Shown here piece by piece: positions 13,109 to 24,682 of a DNA stretch of 64,000 bases. Both the position numbers and the translations under genes were made by a program. Location: the NCBI RefSeq assembly GCF_040938485.1, contig NW_027270922.1, positions 2,418,001-2,482,000 of the forward strand. Reading direction: 5' to 3'. How positions within the stretch are numbered: the first letter of the stretch is position 1; each line of letters begins with the position of its first letter. Under the pieces are notes generated by a model. The model had not been told where the DNA came from and did not search any database. It saw nothing but the letters and a program-made list of their open reading frames with translations. The DNA is from Diadema antillarum. Lineage: Eukaryota.

Positions 13109-14663
13109 CTAAGGTGTTATTCTAAACTTGTACATTTCCTCGTAGTAGGGCATTTCCTTCTCGGCAACCTCCCTGATATCATTTGTCACCCCATCAAGAG
13201 AAGCGGAAGTGGAGGAAGGTTTAAAACAAGTACTCTTAAAGGCGTTGGCAAACCACAGGTTATAACGCGGAGCCTCGAGGACGTTCGAACACACACTGTG
13301 CCACTTCAGGACCACATCGGATGAGGCGTCCCAAGTTACGTAATCCTCGGAGTACGGGATACCCAGTGCGCGGAAGAGCAGTGGAAGTATGATTGCCGGA
13401 TCCTCCATGAGTTCATCGATGTCGACAATGACCGGGTTGTTATCGACGTTTTCTCGAATGTGGCACCACAATTTGTGGATTTCCCTAAAAGCGTAAAACG
13501 TTCCTTCCTCCGGGGGTGGTGCAAAATCCATAATATGGAAGTTTTCCGGGTCCACTTTCGGTATGCCCCATGGTAGGTCTTCTGGATCCACTCCTTCTAC
13601 TGATTTCAGGAATGTCTTCCGAAGAGATTTGTACGCCTTCACAGGATGTCGTATGAGGAAGCAATGTCGAAAACCACTGGATGGATCAGGGAGGTACTTG
13701 TATCGGCTCGGAGGCATGCCGGTGGCCATGTCTTTGATGAAGACAAATTTCGTGGTGGGAAGAATTGAGTCGAATTTTTGCTTTAGCCTAACAGGTCTGT
13801 GGATAAGGACAGGAGTAATTGTAGTAATGAATCCTCTTTGACTTCTCATACACGATTAAAGATCATTAAAATACAACGCTTAAGATGTTGATTATGCAGA
13901 ATAAGAATATTTGAAGATGAATAACATTTTCACTGCATCCTAATTGATATCGACTTACTTAAAGGGTAATTGTAATTTAGATCAAGTTCGCTTGGTATAG
14001 TTCTTTAGGTTTTGTAAGCCATTGGCTGATTGGCATTGTTTGAGTCTAGGAGGAAAGGGAAGTAGTGAGTATTCTACCTCATTCCTAGTTTTGAATTCAA
14101 TATTTTTATAAGTTGCTGAACGTACTAAACAGAATCGACGCAATCACGCCATTGTCTATTGCAACAAGTGCTTATTTTCTCCAAGGATTTAGGATTAAGG
14201 TTAGGGTTGTGATAACGGTTTAGGTTTGGTTTGATGTAATGATTAGGATTGGATTGAAGATTACGTTGGTGGGAAGGATGTTTGGCTTAGCGTGCAGATA
14301 TTTTATGGGAGCAATTCTCGCAGGAGTTAATGTCATGGAATCCATACAGACATGGTACGTTTCGTGGAAAAAAAAAACCACTTACGACAATAGATCGAGA
14401 TTGAAGCTCTGTGTGTCGACGCCCAAATTCAAACTTTTTGCAGCATCCAGGTAAACCTCTTCGTTACCAGCAATATCAAGAGGAAGCGGATCGGATTTAT
14501 ATAGTTCCCTGGCAAACCTGGAAATGACATACGGCTCGAGCCAGACTTCGGCGCCGTCAACGAAGCTCATGCATTTTGTCATCGCTGTCGACACCGAGCG
14601 GGGAACGCACCACATGATGACTCGTGCACGCCCGTCTTCGGTCGTTTTGGGGTCAGTAGCCAT
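13109..14663 (-). CDS. Sulfotransferase-fold protein copy 1 (Sulfotransfer_5 / BCAT-like N-terminal family); exons 14663-14386 and 13796-13109, 321 aa
   Basis: P-loop-like WCVPRSVST, 3'-phosphate motif FLIRHPVKAYKS, IVDIDELMEDP...LGIPY. GT-AG phase-2 intron gives an in-frame spliced ORF (278+688 nt). Confidence 0.88.
14135..14342. mobile_element. MITE in the coding intron of copy 1 (same insertion as in copies 4 and 5; left boundary approximate)
   Basis: gacattaactcctgcgagaattgctccc arm and TTAGGG-like core; site empty in copies 2 and 3. Confidence 0.6.
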
Positions 14664-14995
14664 TTTATTGCTCCTACAAAGAGTTTTAAGCAGTTTCAAG
14701 AAGATATTGTTACAGAGAGAAGGAAGTGCCTCAAACGCAGTAATAGAAAGTTAACATTCACTAGACAATATTAATGTTGCAATACTGGTTCCTTCAAATG
14801 ATCGAATAAGTGGTAACCATTTTCAGCATCTAAACTGCACCTTTCATTATCATAATTCGAATAAAGATGTAGAGTTTCACAAATCTAATGAACGTTAGTG
14901 ATCTAAATAGATACCAGTTTGATCGGTAGTTTTGTTTCGAGCGGCTGATCTCCCAGTAGCAACATTTAGAATTAGGAACGTATATAAACCTGCAA

Positions 14996-15063
<68 letters not shown>

Positions 15064-15238
15064 AAATGTACATTCTGAATCGATGACCGAGCCCCTATAT
15101 CGTCGCTCAAGAAAAGACGAACTTCATCTGCATAGTTTCAAACAAGTGTATCAAATTCTTTGGTGAAGAAGCAAAACTATCTAATGGATATGTAGCAGTA
15201 GCTAAGCTCGATATCGTACCATGCGCTGTAAAGCTTAC

Positions 15239-15590
15239 CAGTGCACGCCCTGTTTGCGGGAAAAATTGTCCCTCTTCCCTTTGGGATCTCTTCGTGTCAG
15301 CAAACCTCCGACGAATGGTCCGATGTTAATTGTGTCTAGCGTTTTGAGTACAAGTATGTGTGTTCGATGTCTCGCAGTGGTACCTTCTATCAAATCTTGG
15401 CTCTTTGTTGTTGACACACAACGATCTTACAAACTTTGTGAAGTGGTTCGGTCTCACGGTGGCGTGATAGTAAAGTCAACGTGATTAACTTGCGATAGCT
15501 ACAAAGCATTTTTAGTTGTGTACCTGACCTTCGTCCGACATAACGACATGAATGTGTAAACGTCAAGTTATACGACCTTTTCAGAATTCA
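15239..15590 (-). promoter_or_regulatory. Conserved upstream module / putative non-coding first exon of copy 1 (donor GT at 15238)
   Basis: Homologous to the modules of all other copies; AGGTCAGGTACA at 15530-15519; ends CTG|GTAAGC. Confidence 0.6.
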
Positions 15591-15843
15591 TTAATCATAT
15601 TCTTGATGGTAATGACAATATCTGAATATGAATGTTTTATCAAATCCGTTTATTTGACATTACTTGTAATATATTTTAACCCTGATTGCAATATCCGCAC
15701 TAAATGAGATATTTGAAGCGTAATGGAAACAAAGACAACAGCTCTGCTCGGTTTCTCTTTCTTTGCTTGTCTCTGTGATGCCATTAATATCACTGACATT
15801 TTCTTTTTTATTGTGAGATAAGAATATGAATTAGACAAACATA

Positions 15844-16020
15844 GAGCAGTGATTTGGTTCAGTCGGTAGCGCGTTGTGCCTCCAGATAATGGACCCAGGT
15901 TTGATTCCCTATAGTCGATCTGAGCAATGCTGTGTGTCATCATATAGTGTGGGAGGGTCCCAACTCATGCACGTAAAAGATCATGATTTTACTTGTCGCC
16001 AAGAGCAGGGTGCGCACAAC

Positions 16021-16021
<1 letters not shown>
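15844..16021 (+). mobile_element. tRNA-derived SINE, 3'-truncated, abutting (TA)n
   Basis: A-box-like tggttcagtcgg and B-box-like ggtttgattcc; body matches 27078-27400. Confidence 0.7.
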
Positions 16022-16067
<46 letters not shown>

Positions 16068-16175
16068 CTGAATTGCTGACGGAAAAACGAACTTCACCTG
16101 TATAATTTACAGGTGAGGAAGCAAAAGTACTCTCTGCTATTCTCTTGATCTCGTGCCATGCGCTATATAGCTTAC

Positions 16176-16332
16176 CGGTACACGGCCTGTTGCGCTAAAA
16201 ATTGTCCCTCTTTCCTTTTGAGATCTTTTCGTGTCAGCAACCCTCCGACGAATGGTTCGATGTTAATTGTGTCAAGCGTTTTGAATGCAAGTGTGTGTTG
16301 ATATCTCGCAGTGGTACTTTCTATAATATCTT

Positions 16333-16369
<37 letters not shown>

Positions 16370-16545
16370 GGGCACAAGGTGATCTTACAAACTTTGTGAA
16401 ATGGTTGGTCTCACGGTGGCGAGATAGTAGAGTCAACGTGATTGATTTGCGAAAGCTACAAAGCATTTTGAGTTGTGTGTCTGAACTTCGTCCGTCATGA
16501 TGAGATGAATGTGTAAACTTCAAGGTTACAGGACCTTTTCAGAGT
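16176..16545 (-). promoter_or_regulatory. Orphan second upstream module pointing toward copy 1 (donor GT at 16175)
   Basis: Homologous to 15239-15590; ends CCG|GTAAGC on the minus strand. Confidence 0.55.
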
Positions 16546-16989
16546 ACATTAGTTTTCTTCTTTGTGATAAAACAGTGTGTATGTAGATATGTTTGTCAAA
16601 TTAAAAAAAAAACCTAGAGACAGATTTGCTTGATGCAAATTTCGCTATATCTGCAAGATGTATAATTCATTTCCAATTGACCAAAACACACCACGTGGAT
16701 ACCCCATCATTTACACATCAGTAACGTAGCGGTGTCGGCCTGTCCCAGCCTGTCCCAGCCTGTCCCAGCCTCTACGTTACTGATGTGAAGAGTCTATATG
16801 CCTGAAATCCACACACTGTGTTTGATCAAGTGCAAAGGAATTATGTATTGTTCCAGATATAGCGAAAGTTGCATGAGGAAATTCTGTCTCCGGGATTTTT
16901 TGATTTGTTCAAATAACTTCTACGAGTTATGTCTGGCCGAATAAACGGTTTTGAAAAGGCTATCTACTCAACATAAAGAAGATGACTAA

Positions 16990-17345
16990 TGTATTCTGAA
17001 AAGGTCGTGCAACCTTGGTGTTTACACATTCAATTCATTATGTTGGACGAAGGTCAGGTACACAATTGAATTTTTTTTTTTTTTTGCTTTCCCTATTACA
17101 GTAATCACATTGACTTCACTATCACGCCCCCGTGAGGTTGAACCACTTCACAAAGTTGTTAAGATCGCTTTGTGTCAACAAGAAAAAGACAAGCTATGAT
17201 AGAAAGTACCACCTCGAGATATAGAACACACTTCCATTCAAGACGCTAAACACAATCTGCATCGAACCATTCGTCGGAGGGTTGCTGACGCGAAAAGCTC
17301 TCAACGTGAAAGGGTGGCAATTTTAACGCAACAAGGCGTGTACTG
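16990..17345 (+). promoter_or_regulatory. Upstream module / putative non-coding first exon of copy 2 (donor GT at 17346, acceptor before 17739)
   Basis: AGGTCAGGTACA at 17051; ends CTG|GTAAGC. Confidence 0.6.
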
Positions 17346-17748
17346 GTAAGCATCATAGCGCATGGTACGAGATCAGTCGAATAGGAAAGGCTACTCTTAC
17401 ATCCATAAGATAGTTTTGCTTCTTGATAAAAAGTAATTTATAAGGAGAGAAACTTTGTAGAGTGATGAAGCAGTGTCGTTCGTCAACGACTAAGAAGTAA
17501 TCTATCTGATAGGCCACTATATGTTTTATACATGGTTGTGTAACTGAACTTTTTTTTTCGAACTGCAAAAATGTAAGAGGAGGTTAGATTCTTAAAATTG
17601 TAATTATTTGATCTTTTGAAGAACCATGTTTGCAACTCAACTCTTGTCGGGTGGATGTTAGCTCTTTTTCATTTCGTTTCAATCACTTTCTTTCCTCTGG
17701 AACAATATCGTCTTTAACCCGATGACCACCATTTGCAGAAGGAATAAA

Positions 17749-19045
17749 ATGGCCACTGACCCAAGAACGGCAGAAGACGGGCGCGCACGAGTCATCATGT
17801 GGTGCGTTCCCCGCTCGGTGTCGACAGCAATGACAAAATGCATGAGCTTCGTTGACGGGGCCGAAATCTGGCTGGAGTCATACGTCATTTCCAGGATGGC
17901 CAGAGAATTCCGTAAACTATATAATTCCGACTCCGACTCGCTTCCTGCTGAATTTGATGGTAACGAAGAGGCTTACCTGGATGCAGCAAAAAATTTGAAT
18001 TTCGGAGGTGACACACAGAACTTCAAACTCGATCTATTGTCGTAAGTGTTATGTTTTATTAAACTTACCATGTCTGTTTGGCAGTGTTTGTGTCAAATTT
18101 GTTTAATATACTCAGTAATGAAATAAAGAAACAATATAATGAAAAATAGGAGTGAGGACGAATACTTACGACTTGCCTTTCCTCCTAGACTCAAACAATG
18201 TCCAATGGCTTGCAAAACGTAAAGAGCTATGCCAAGTAAACTTGAACTCTTGATCTAAATTACAATTGCTTAATGGTTTTGTTTATCCTATTCGAGAAGT
18301 CAATAAAAAACAACAATAACAAAGCATGTCTATGATATCTTTTGTTCTTATCCACAGACCTGTTAGACTGAAGCAAATATTCGACTCGATTCCTCCCACC
18401 ACGAAATTTGTCTTCGTCAAAGACATGGCCTTTGGTATGCCACCAAGCCGATACCAGTATCTGCCTGATCCATCCAGTGGTTTTCGACATTGCTTCCTTA
18501 TACGACATCCTGTGAAGGCGTACAAATCCTTTCGGAAGACATTGCTGAAATCAGTAGAAGGAGTGGATCCCAAGGATCTACCACAGGGTATGCCGAAACC
18601 AGACCCAGAAAAATTTGATGTTATGGATTTTGCACCGGCACCGGAGGAAGGAACGTTTTACTTTTTCAGGGAAATCCACGAATTGTGGTGCCACATTCGA
18701 GAAAACGCCGATAACAACCCGGTCATTGTCGATATCGATGAACTCATGGAGGATCCGGCAACCATACTTCCACTGCTCTTCCGCGCACTCGGTATCCCGT
18801 ACTCCGAGGATTACCTAACTTGGGACGCCTCATCCGATGTGGTCCTGAAGTGGCATAGTGTCTGTTCGAATGTCCTCGAGGCTCCGCGCTATAAACTGTG
18901 GTTTGCCAACGCCTTTAAGAGTACTTGTTTTAAACCTTCCTCTACTTCCGCTTCTCTTGACGGGGTAACAAAGGATATCAGGGATATTGCAGAGAAGGAA
19001 ATGCCGTACTACGAGGAAATGTACAAGTTTAGAATAACCCCTTAG
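17749..19045 (+). CDS. Sulfotransferase-fold protein copy 2; exons 17749-18041 and 18358-19045, 326 aa
   Basis: Same motifs; intron 18042-18357 GTAAG...CACAG, in frame (293+688 nt). Confidence 0.88.
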
Positions 19046-19789
19046 TAAATTTGGTACACCAATCAAACCCCTACCAGAAGGTCCTCTTTTTGGCGTAAGT
19101 TTGCATTAAAAAAAAATCACTGTAATAATATTATGATCGTCCTCGTGTATGCAATTTCAACCACTTGCCACAGAAAATTTCAGTTAGTGTGAACTTAAAA
19201 TGCAATTTACAGGCATGAAATTGTGGTAACCTGCTGTATCCTTTGTTGACTAGAAGTAAATTCCAGACACTTTTCAATGTGACCATGACTAAAGTGCTGT
19301 CAGATTTGAATTCACAAATGTCATTTTCAAATCCATTATCACAGGAAATTGTTTGCTTCCGGAGCAGATCAATAGCTCTTTAGAAAGCTATCGTAACCTA
19401 CTTGTTCTCATACTCAGACACACGAACTGGCCGTAGGCACAGACTCTTCTATTTTTCACTGAAATCGATGAAATTCAGTTCATAATTCCGTCATTGTGAA
19501 ATTCTTGAATGCATGCAGTTTATAGAGTTGATAATGTACGTAGCTTTACTCAACCTGAAGGACTAAGAGGAGAAGTTGTTATAAATTAATTTAGAAAGCT
19601 TAGCGTGCTCTTTAACTTCGATATGAAATGTATAGAATGCATACATTTCATGGAGTTGAAAATGTACATCACATTACTCAACTATATGAGTACTAACATA
19701 TCAGAGAAGATGATGCTTTTACAACTTTTAATTTGATAGACATAACATTTTATAATTTTATAGTATTTATGATATAGTATTTATGATAC

Positions 19790-20110
19790 GACGAGTGCCA
19801 GGTGACTTTTCACAACTCGTTGAACCATTCCCGGCAAACTCCCCAGTTTCCCCGGAATGCAAAATCGAACTTAATGCTAAACATTTTCGCCCAAAATGAA
19901 TCGACCCTAAATGTATTACTTTTAAGTCTTACCCCCTGTTCAGACACAAAATTTTCATACCGAAACGTGATAAAGAAACGTCGTATAATTTTTAACCGTA
20001 GAGGTAACGGACCATTCGAACACATATCTCGACCTATTAGGGGGGAAAAGAAATTGTATAGATGCTTAGTTTGTCATTTATCATGTTGTCATGGTCGCTG
20101 TCACCCCGTG
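19790..20110. repeat. Interspersed repeat (copies at ~25425-25745 and, as an inverted pair, ~32510-33040)
   Basis: Shared 'gtgacttttcacaactcgttgaaccattc' and 'catgttgtcatggtcgctgtc' blocks. Confidence 0.6.
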
Positions 20111-20949
20111 GAGATAAATATGATATCGAACATAAATGTATTAACCTTAGTAAACCCTTAATTTTATACATTTTAACCCTGAATGATTTTTGTGTTTTGT
20201 CTCTGTTTGGAAGGGAAGGAAATCTGAGGTCAAATGATATGTTCGGAAAGCTGAGATGAGATTATTGTTATACACTGTATATGAAGAATGGATCGTGGGT
20301 GAATGGGCAACTGAAAAGGTAGAATTTTCTGCTTATAATTTTTGTTTTATGTTGAAAATGGTTTATGATATATTTGCAAAGATGGCTTTTGATTATTAAT
20401 AGGTGGTTGGGGGGGGGGGTATGGGGCACAGAGCCAAATAAAGATTTAAGTTGGTGAAGATGTGATGAGATGATGATGATGATGATGATGATGATAAGGC
20501 TTATTTATCATATGTTTGCATTATTTCATCATTTTTAATGAGGATTATTGTATTAATATAAAATTGTGGAATATAATTACACCACTGTTGTTATCATAAC
20601 GCAGGAACATTATATGTATTGATATTTGATTGACTGATTAATATTTGACTGTTTGTGTGTGATATATGTATATTTTGTGTTGCAGTAATGTAAACTTCAA
20701 TAGTGTTTTTTTTTTTTGTACACCATGTAGGTGCATTAACCTGCCATTCGTTTTGAATGAAACGATGGACCTGGTTTTTTGTATACATGTCATTCTAACA
20801 CTTCCTTGAACTCGAATAAAGTCATGATTAAACAAACCTGAGACAACCCTATAAATGTAAGACATTTCACCGCATTAACATCTAAAGAACCATCAATGTA
20901 ATTAAAAGACAAGGTACCATTTTATAATGTTCTGTTATTGGATTCTTTT

Positions 20950-21380
20950 TACCCTTTTTTCAGTTTTGGTAATTACAGGCAGCTGTTTTACATGACAGTA
21001 TTAAAACACGAATATTGTAGTTGGACATATAGGCAACCTTCAAAGGACCTACCGTATGAATTAAAGAAGAATCCGTTGAGTGAAAGAAAAAACCTGCTAG
21101 AAAGAACACTGTCCCACAGTGAGAAACACAATGTGAAACACGGAGTGAATATAGAACGAACACAGTGTGGAATCTCGTCACATTCTGTTAAATTAGAGCG
21201 TTTTAACGTCATGAGCACATTGTGAATCATCCTTTCACAGTACGGATTCACAGTGTGAAACAACATTACTATGTGAGCTTTCTGTGCAAAAGTACACCAC
21301 AATTCGCAATCATCTTCACACTGTTGTATTCGAGCGTTTTCGCATAACAGTCGACCATGTAAACACATTGTGAACACACT
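20950..21380. repeat. Unclassified repeat rich in CACAGTG/CACACTG motifs (second copy ~25935-26360)
   Basis: Direct comparison shows near-identity between the two segments. Confidence 0.7.
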
Positions 21381-21397
21381 GTACCGGTAAAACTTAC

Positions 21398-21760
21398 CGG
21401 TACGCGGTCTGTTGCGCTAAAAATGTCCCTCTTTCCTTTTGAGATCGTTTTGTGTCAGCAACCCTCCGACGAATGGTTCGATGTTAACTGTGTCTAGCGT
21501 TTTGAGTGTAAGTATGTGTTCGATATCTCGCAGTGGTACTTTCTATCATATCTTGGCTCTCTCTTTGTTTTGTTTTGTTTTTTGTTGTTGACACAAGGCG
21601 ATTTTACAAACTTTGTGAAATGGTTGGTCTCACGGTGGCGAGATAGTAAAGTCAACGTGATTGATTTGCGAGAGCTACAGAGCATTTTCAATAATTGTGT
21701 GTCTGAAGTTCGTCCGACATGATGAGATGAATGTGTAAACTTCAAGGTTACACGACCTTT
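21398..21760 (-). promoter_or_regulatory. Orphan upstream module in antisense orientation to copy 2 (donor GT at 21397)
   Basis: Homologous to 16176-16545; ends CCG|GTAAGT on the minus strand; no adjacent coding exon. Confidence 0.5.
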
Positions 21761-22359
21761 TCAGATATAGTTTTCTCCTTAGTGGTAAAGACAGTGTGTC
21801 AGTAGATATGTTTGTCAAATATGGCAAAACCCTAGAGACAGATTTGCTTAATACAAATTTGGCTATATCTGGATGATGTATATTTCATTTCCAATTGACC
21901 AAACACACCATGTGGGTAGAAAACTATCCCCTCTACACATCAGTAACGTAGCCGTGTTGCCCAGTTCCACCCATTGAGTCCCGCTCGTTGGGGGCACAAT
22001 TTCGTGAAAATGACTATGCATCCGCATTTGGGCCAACAGTGAAAAGCGAAGTCACAAGTGTTGCACATTCAGTTCAGTCATTTTCGAGAAATTGTGCTCA
22101 ACGAATAGAACTCGTTTAAATGGATGGGACAGGCCGACACTTCTACGTTTCTGACGTGAAGAGTGTATATGCCTCAAACCCACACCCTGTGTTTCATCAA
22201 TTGCAAAGGAATTATGCATGTTCCAGATATAGCGAAAGTTGAATGAGGAAATTCTGTCTCCGGGATTTTTTGATTCGTTCAAATAACTTCTACGAGTTAT
22301 GTCTGGCCGAATAATCTACTCATACACTGTCATTACCATAACGAAGATGACTAATGCAT

Positions 22360-22711
22360 TCTGAAAAGGTCGTGAAACCTTGGTGTTTACACATTCAATT
22401 CATTATGTCGGACAAAGGTCAGGTACACAATTCAAAATATTTTTGTTGCTTTCGCTATTAAAGTAATCACATTGACTTCACTATCACGCCACCGTGAGGT
22501 CGAACCACTTCACAAAGTTGTTAAGATCGCTTTGTGTCAACAAGAAAAAGACAAGCTATGATAGAAAGTACCACCTCGAGATGTAGAACACACTTCCATT
22601 CAAGACGCTAAACACAATCTGCATCGAACCATTAGTCGGAGGGTTGCTGACGGTCTCAAAAAGGTCTCAAAGTGAAAGAGGGGCAATTTTAACGCAACAA
22701 GGCGTGTACTG
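22360..22711 (+). promoter_or_regulatory. Upstream module / putative non-coding first exon of copy 3 (donor GT at 22712)
   Basis: AGGTCAGGTACA at 22416; ends CTG|GTAAGC. Confidence 0.6.
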
Positions 22712-22774
22712 GTAAGCATCATACCGCATGGTACGAGATCAAGCGAAAAGGAAAGGCTACTATTACATCCATAA

Positions 22775-22916
22775 NNNNNNNNNNNNNNNNNNNNNNNNNN
22801 NNNNNNNNNNNNNNNNNNNNNNNNNNNNNNNNNNNNNNNNNNNNNNNNNNNNNNNNNNNNNNNNNNNNNNNNNNNNNNNNNNNNNNNNNNNNNNNNNNNN
22901 NNNNNNNNNNNNNNNN
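22775..22916. other. Assembly gap (N run) in the 5'-UTR intron of copy 3
   Basis: Run of N. Confidence 0.99.
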
Positions 22917-23244
22917 ATAAGTAATCTATAAGGAGAGAAACTTACTTGAGTGATGAAGCAGTGTCGTCCGTCAAAGACTAAGAAGTAATCTACCTGATAG
23001 GCCCCCATATGCTTTTACTTGATTGTGTAGCTTAACTTCTTTGTTTTTTCAAACTGCAAAAATGCAAAAGCAGTTTAGATGCTGAAAATTGTAATAATTT
23101 GATAATAAATTGAAGAATATATTTGCAACATAACTCTTGTTGAGCGGATGTTAGCTCTTTTTCATTTCGTTTCAATCACTTTCTTCCCTCTGGAACAATA
23201 ATATCGTCTTTAACCGGCTGACCACACTTTGCAGGAGGAATAAA

Positions 23245-24682
23245 ATGGCCACTGCAGAAGACGGGCGTGCACGAGTCATCATGTGGTGCGTTCCCCGCTC
23301 GGTGTCGACAGCAATGACAAAATGCATGAGCTTCGTTGACGGGGCCGAAATCTGGCTGGAGTCATATGTCATTTCCAAGATGGCCAGAGAACTCCGTAAA
23401 CTATATAATTCCGACTCCGACCCGCTTCCTGCTGAATTTGATGGTAACGAAGAGGCTTACATGGATGCAGCAAAAAATTTGAATTTTGGAGGTGACACGC
23501 AGAACTTCAAACTCGATCTATTGTCGTAAGTGTTATGTTTCATTAAACGTACCATGTCTGTATGGCAGTGTTTGTGTCATATTTGTTTAATATACTCAGG
23601 AATGAATTACAGAAAAAAAGAAGATGTAGTTTAAAAGTAGAAATGAGGACGAATAATTACGATTTGACTTTCCTCCTATGTCAATGTCAATGGCTCGCAA
23701 AAGGTAAAGAGCTTTACCAAGTAAACTTGGAACTCTTGATCTAAATTACAATTACACTTAAGTAAAGTGATCGCATACCTACGTTCATACAGGTATATGC
23801 TCGTCATTATCCTTCTGTAGTGTTACTCTTTTAAGTCAATTAGGATTTGGTGAAAGGTTCTTCATTTTCACATAAAAAAATCTGTGTAACCAACATCTTT
23901 AGCGTGTCATCTTAATTGTTTTGTTAATCGTATATTAGAAGTCAATTTAAAAAAACACACACAATACTATGATATCTTTTGTCCTTATCCACAGACCTGT
24001 TAGACTGAAGCAAATATTCGACTCGATTCCTCAAACCACGAAATTTGTCTTTGTCAAAGACATGGCCTTCGGTATGCCACCAAGCCGATACCAGTATCTG
24101 CCTGATCCATCCAGTGGTTTTCGACATTGCTTCCTCATACGACATCCTGTGAAGGCATACAAATCCTATCGGAAGACAATGCTGAAAGCAGTAGAAGGAG
24201 TGGATCCCAAGGATCTACCACAGGGTCTTCCGAAAGTGGACCCAGAAAACTTCGATGTTATGGATTTCGTGCCGCCACCGGAGGAAGGAACGTTTTACTT
24301 TTTCAGGGAAATCCACGAATTGTGGTGCCACATTCGAGAAAACGTCGATAAAAACCCAGTAATTGTCGACATCGATGAACTCATGGAGGATCCGGCAACC
24401 TTACTTCCACTGCTCTTCCGGGCACTCGGTATCCCGTACTCCGAGGATTACGTAACTTGGGACGCCTCATCCGATGTGGTCCGTAAGTGGCACAGTGTCT
24501 GCTCGAACGTCCTCGACGCTCCACGCTATAACCTGTGGTTTGCCGACGCCTTTAAGAGTACTTGTTTCAAACCTTCCTCTACTTCCGCTTCTCTTGACGG
24601 GGCGACAAAGGATATCATCGAGGTTGCCGAGAAGGAAATGCCATACTACGAGGAAATGTACAAGTTTAGAATAACACCTTAG
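23245..24682 (+). CDS. Sulfotransferase-fold protein copy 3; exons 23245-23525 and 23995-24682, 322 aa
   Basis: Same motifs; GT-AG phase-2 intron, in frame (281+688 nt). Confidence 0.88.

Noticed and set aside
13336-13841. Recurrent alternative-frame and antisense ORFs overlapping the genes (also 18260-18573, 29483-29788, 39770-39994)
   Set aside because: Shadow ORFs that recur only because the underlying gene is duplicated; variable lengths and stops.
13797-13849. N-terminal extensions of the exon-2 ORFs (MRSQ..., MSMIS...) and pre-ATG extensions (MKLLKTLCRSNK, MTTICRRNK)
   Set aside because: They read through intron sequence upstream of conserved acceptors and are not conserved between copies.
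15235-15417. Recurring peptide TINIEPFVGGLLTRKD in the upstream modules as a coding exon or uORF
   Set aside because: Non-ATG starts in several copies, frames broken between copies, and not in frame with the downstream ATG.
15844-15910. tRNA genes at the SINE heads (also ~27340-27400 and ~44325-44385)
   Set aside because: A/B boxes are degenerate, I could not fold a complete cloverleaf, and each continues into a shared SINE body.
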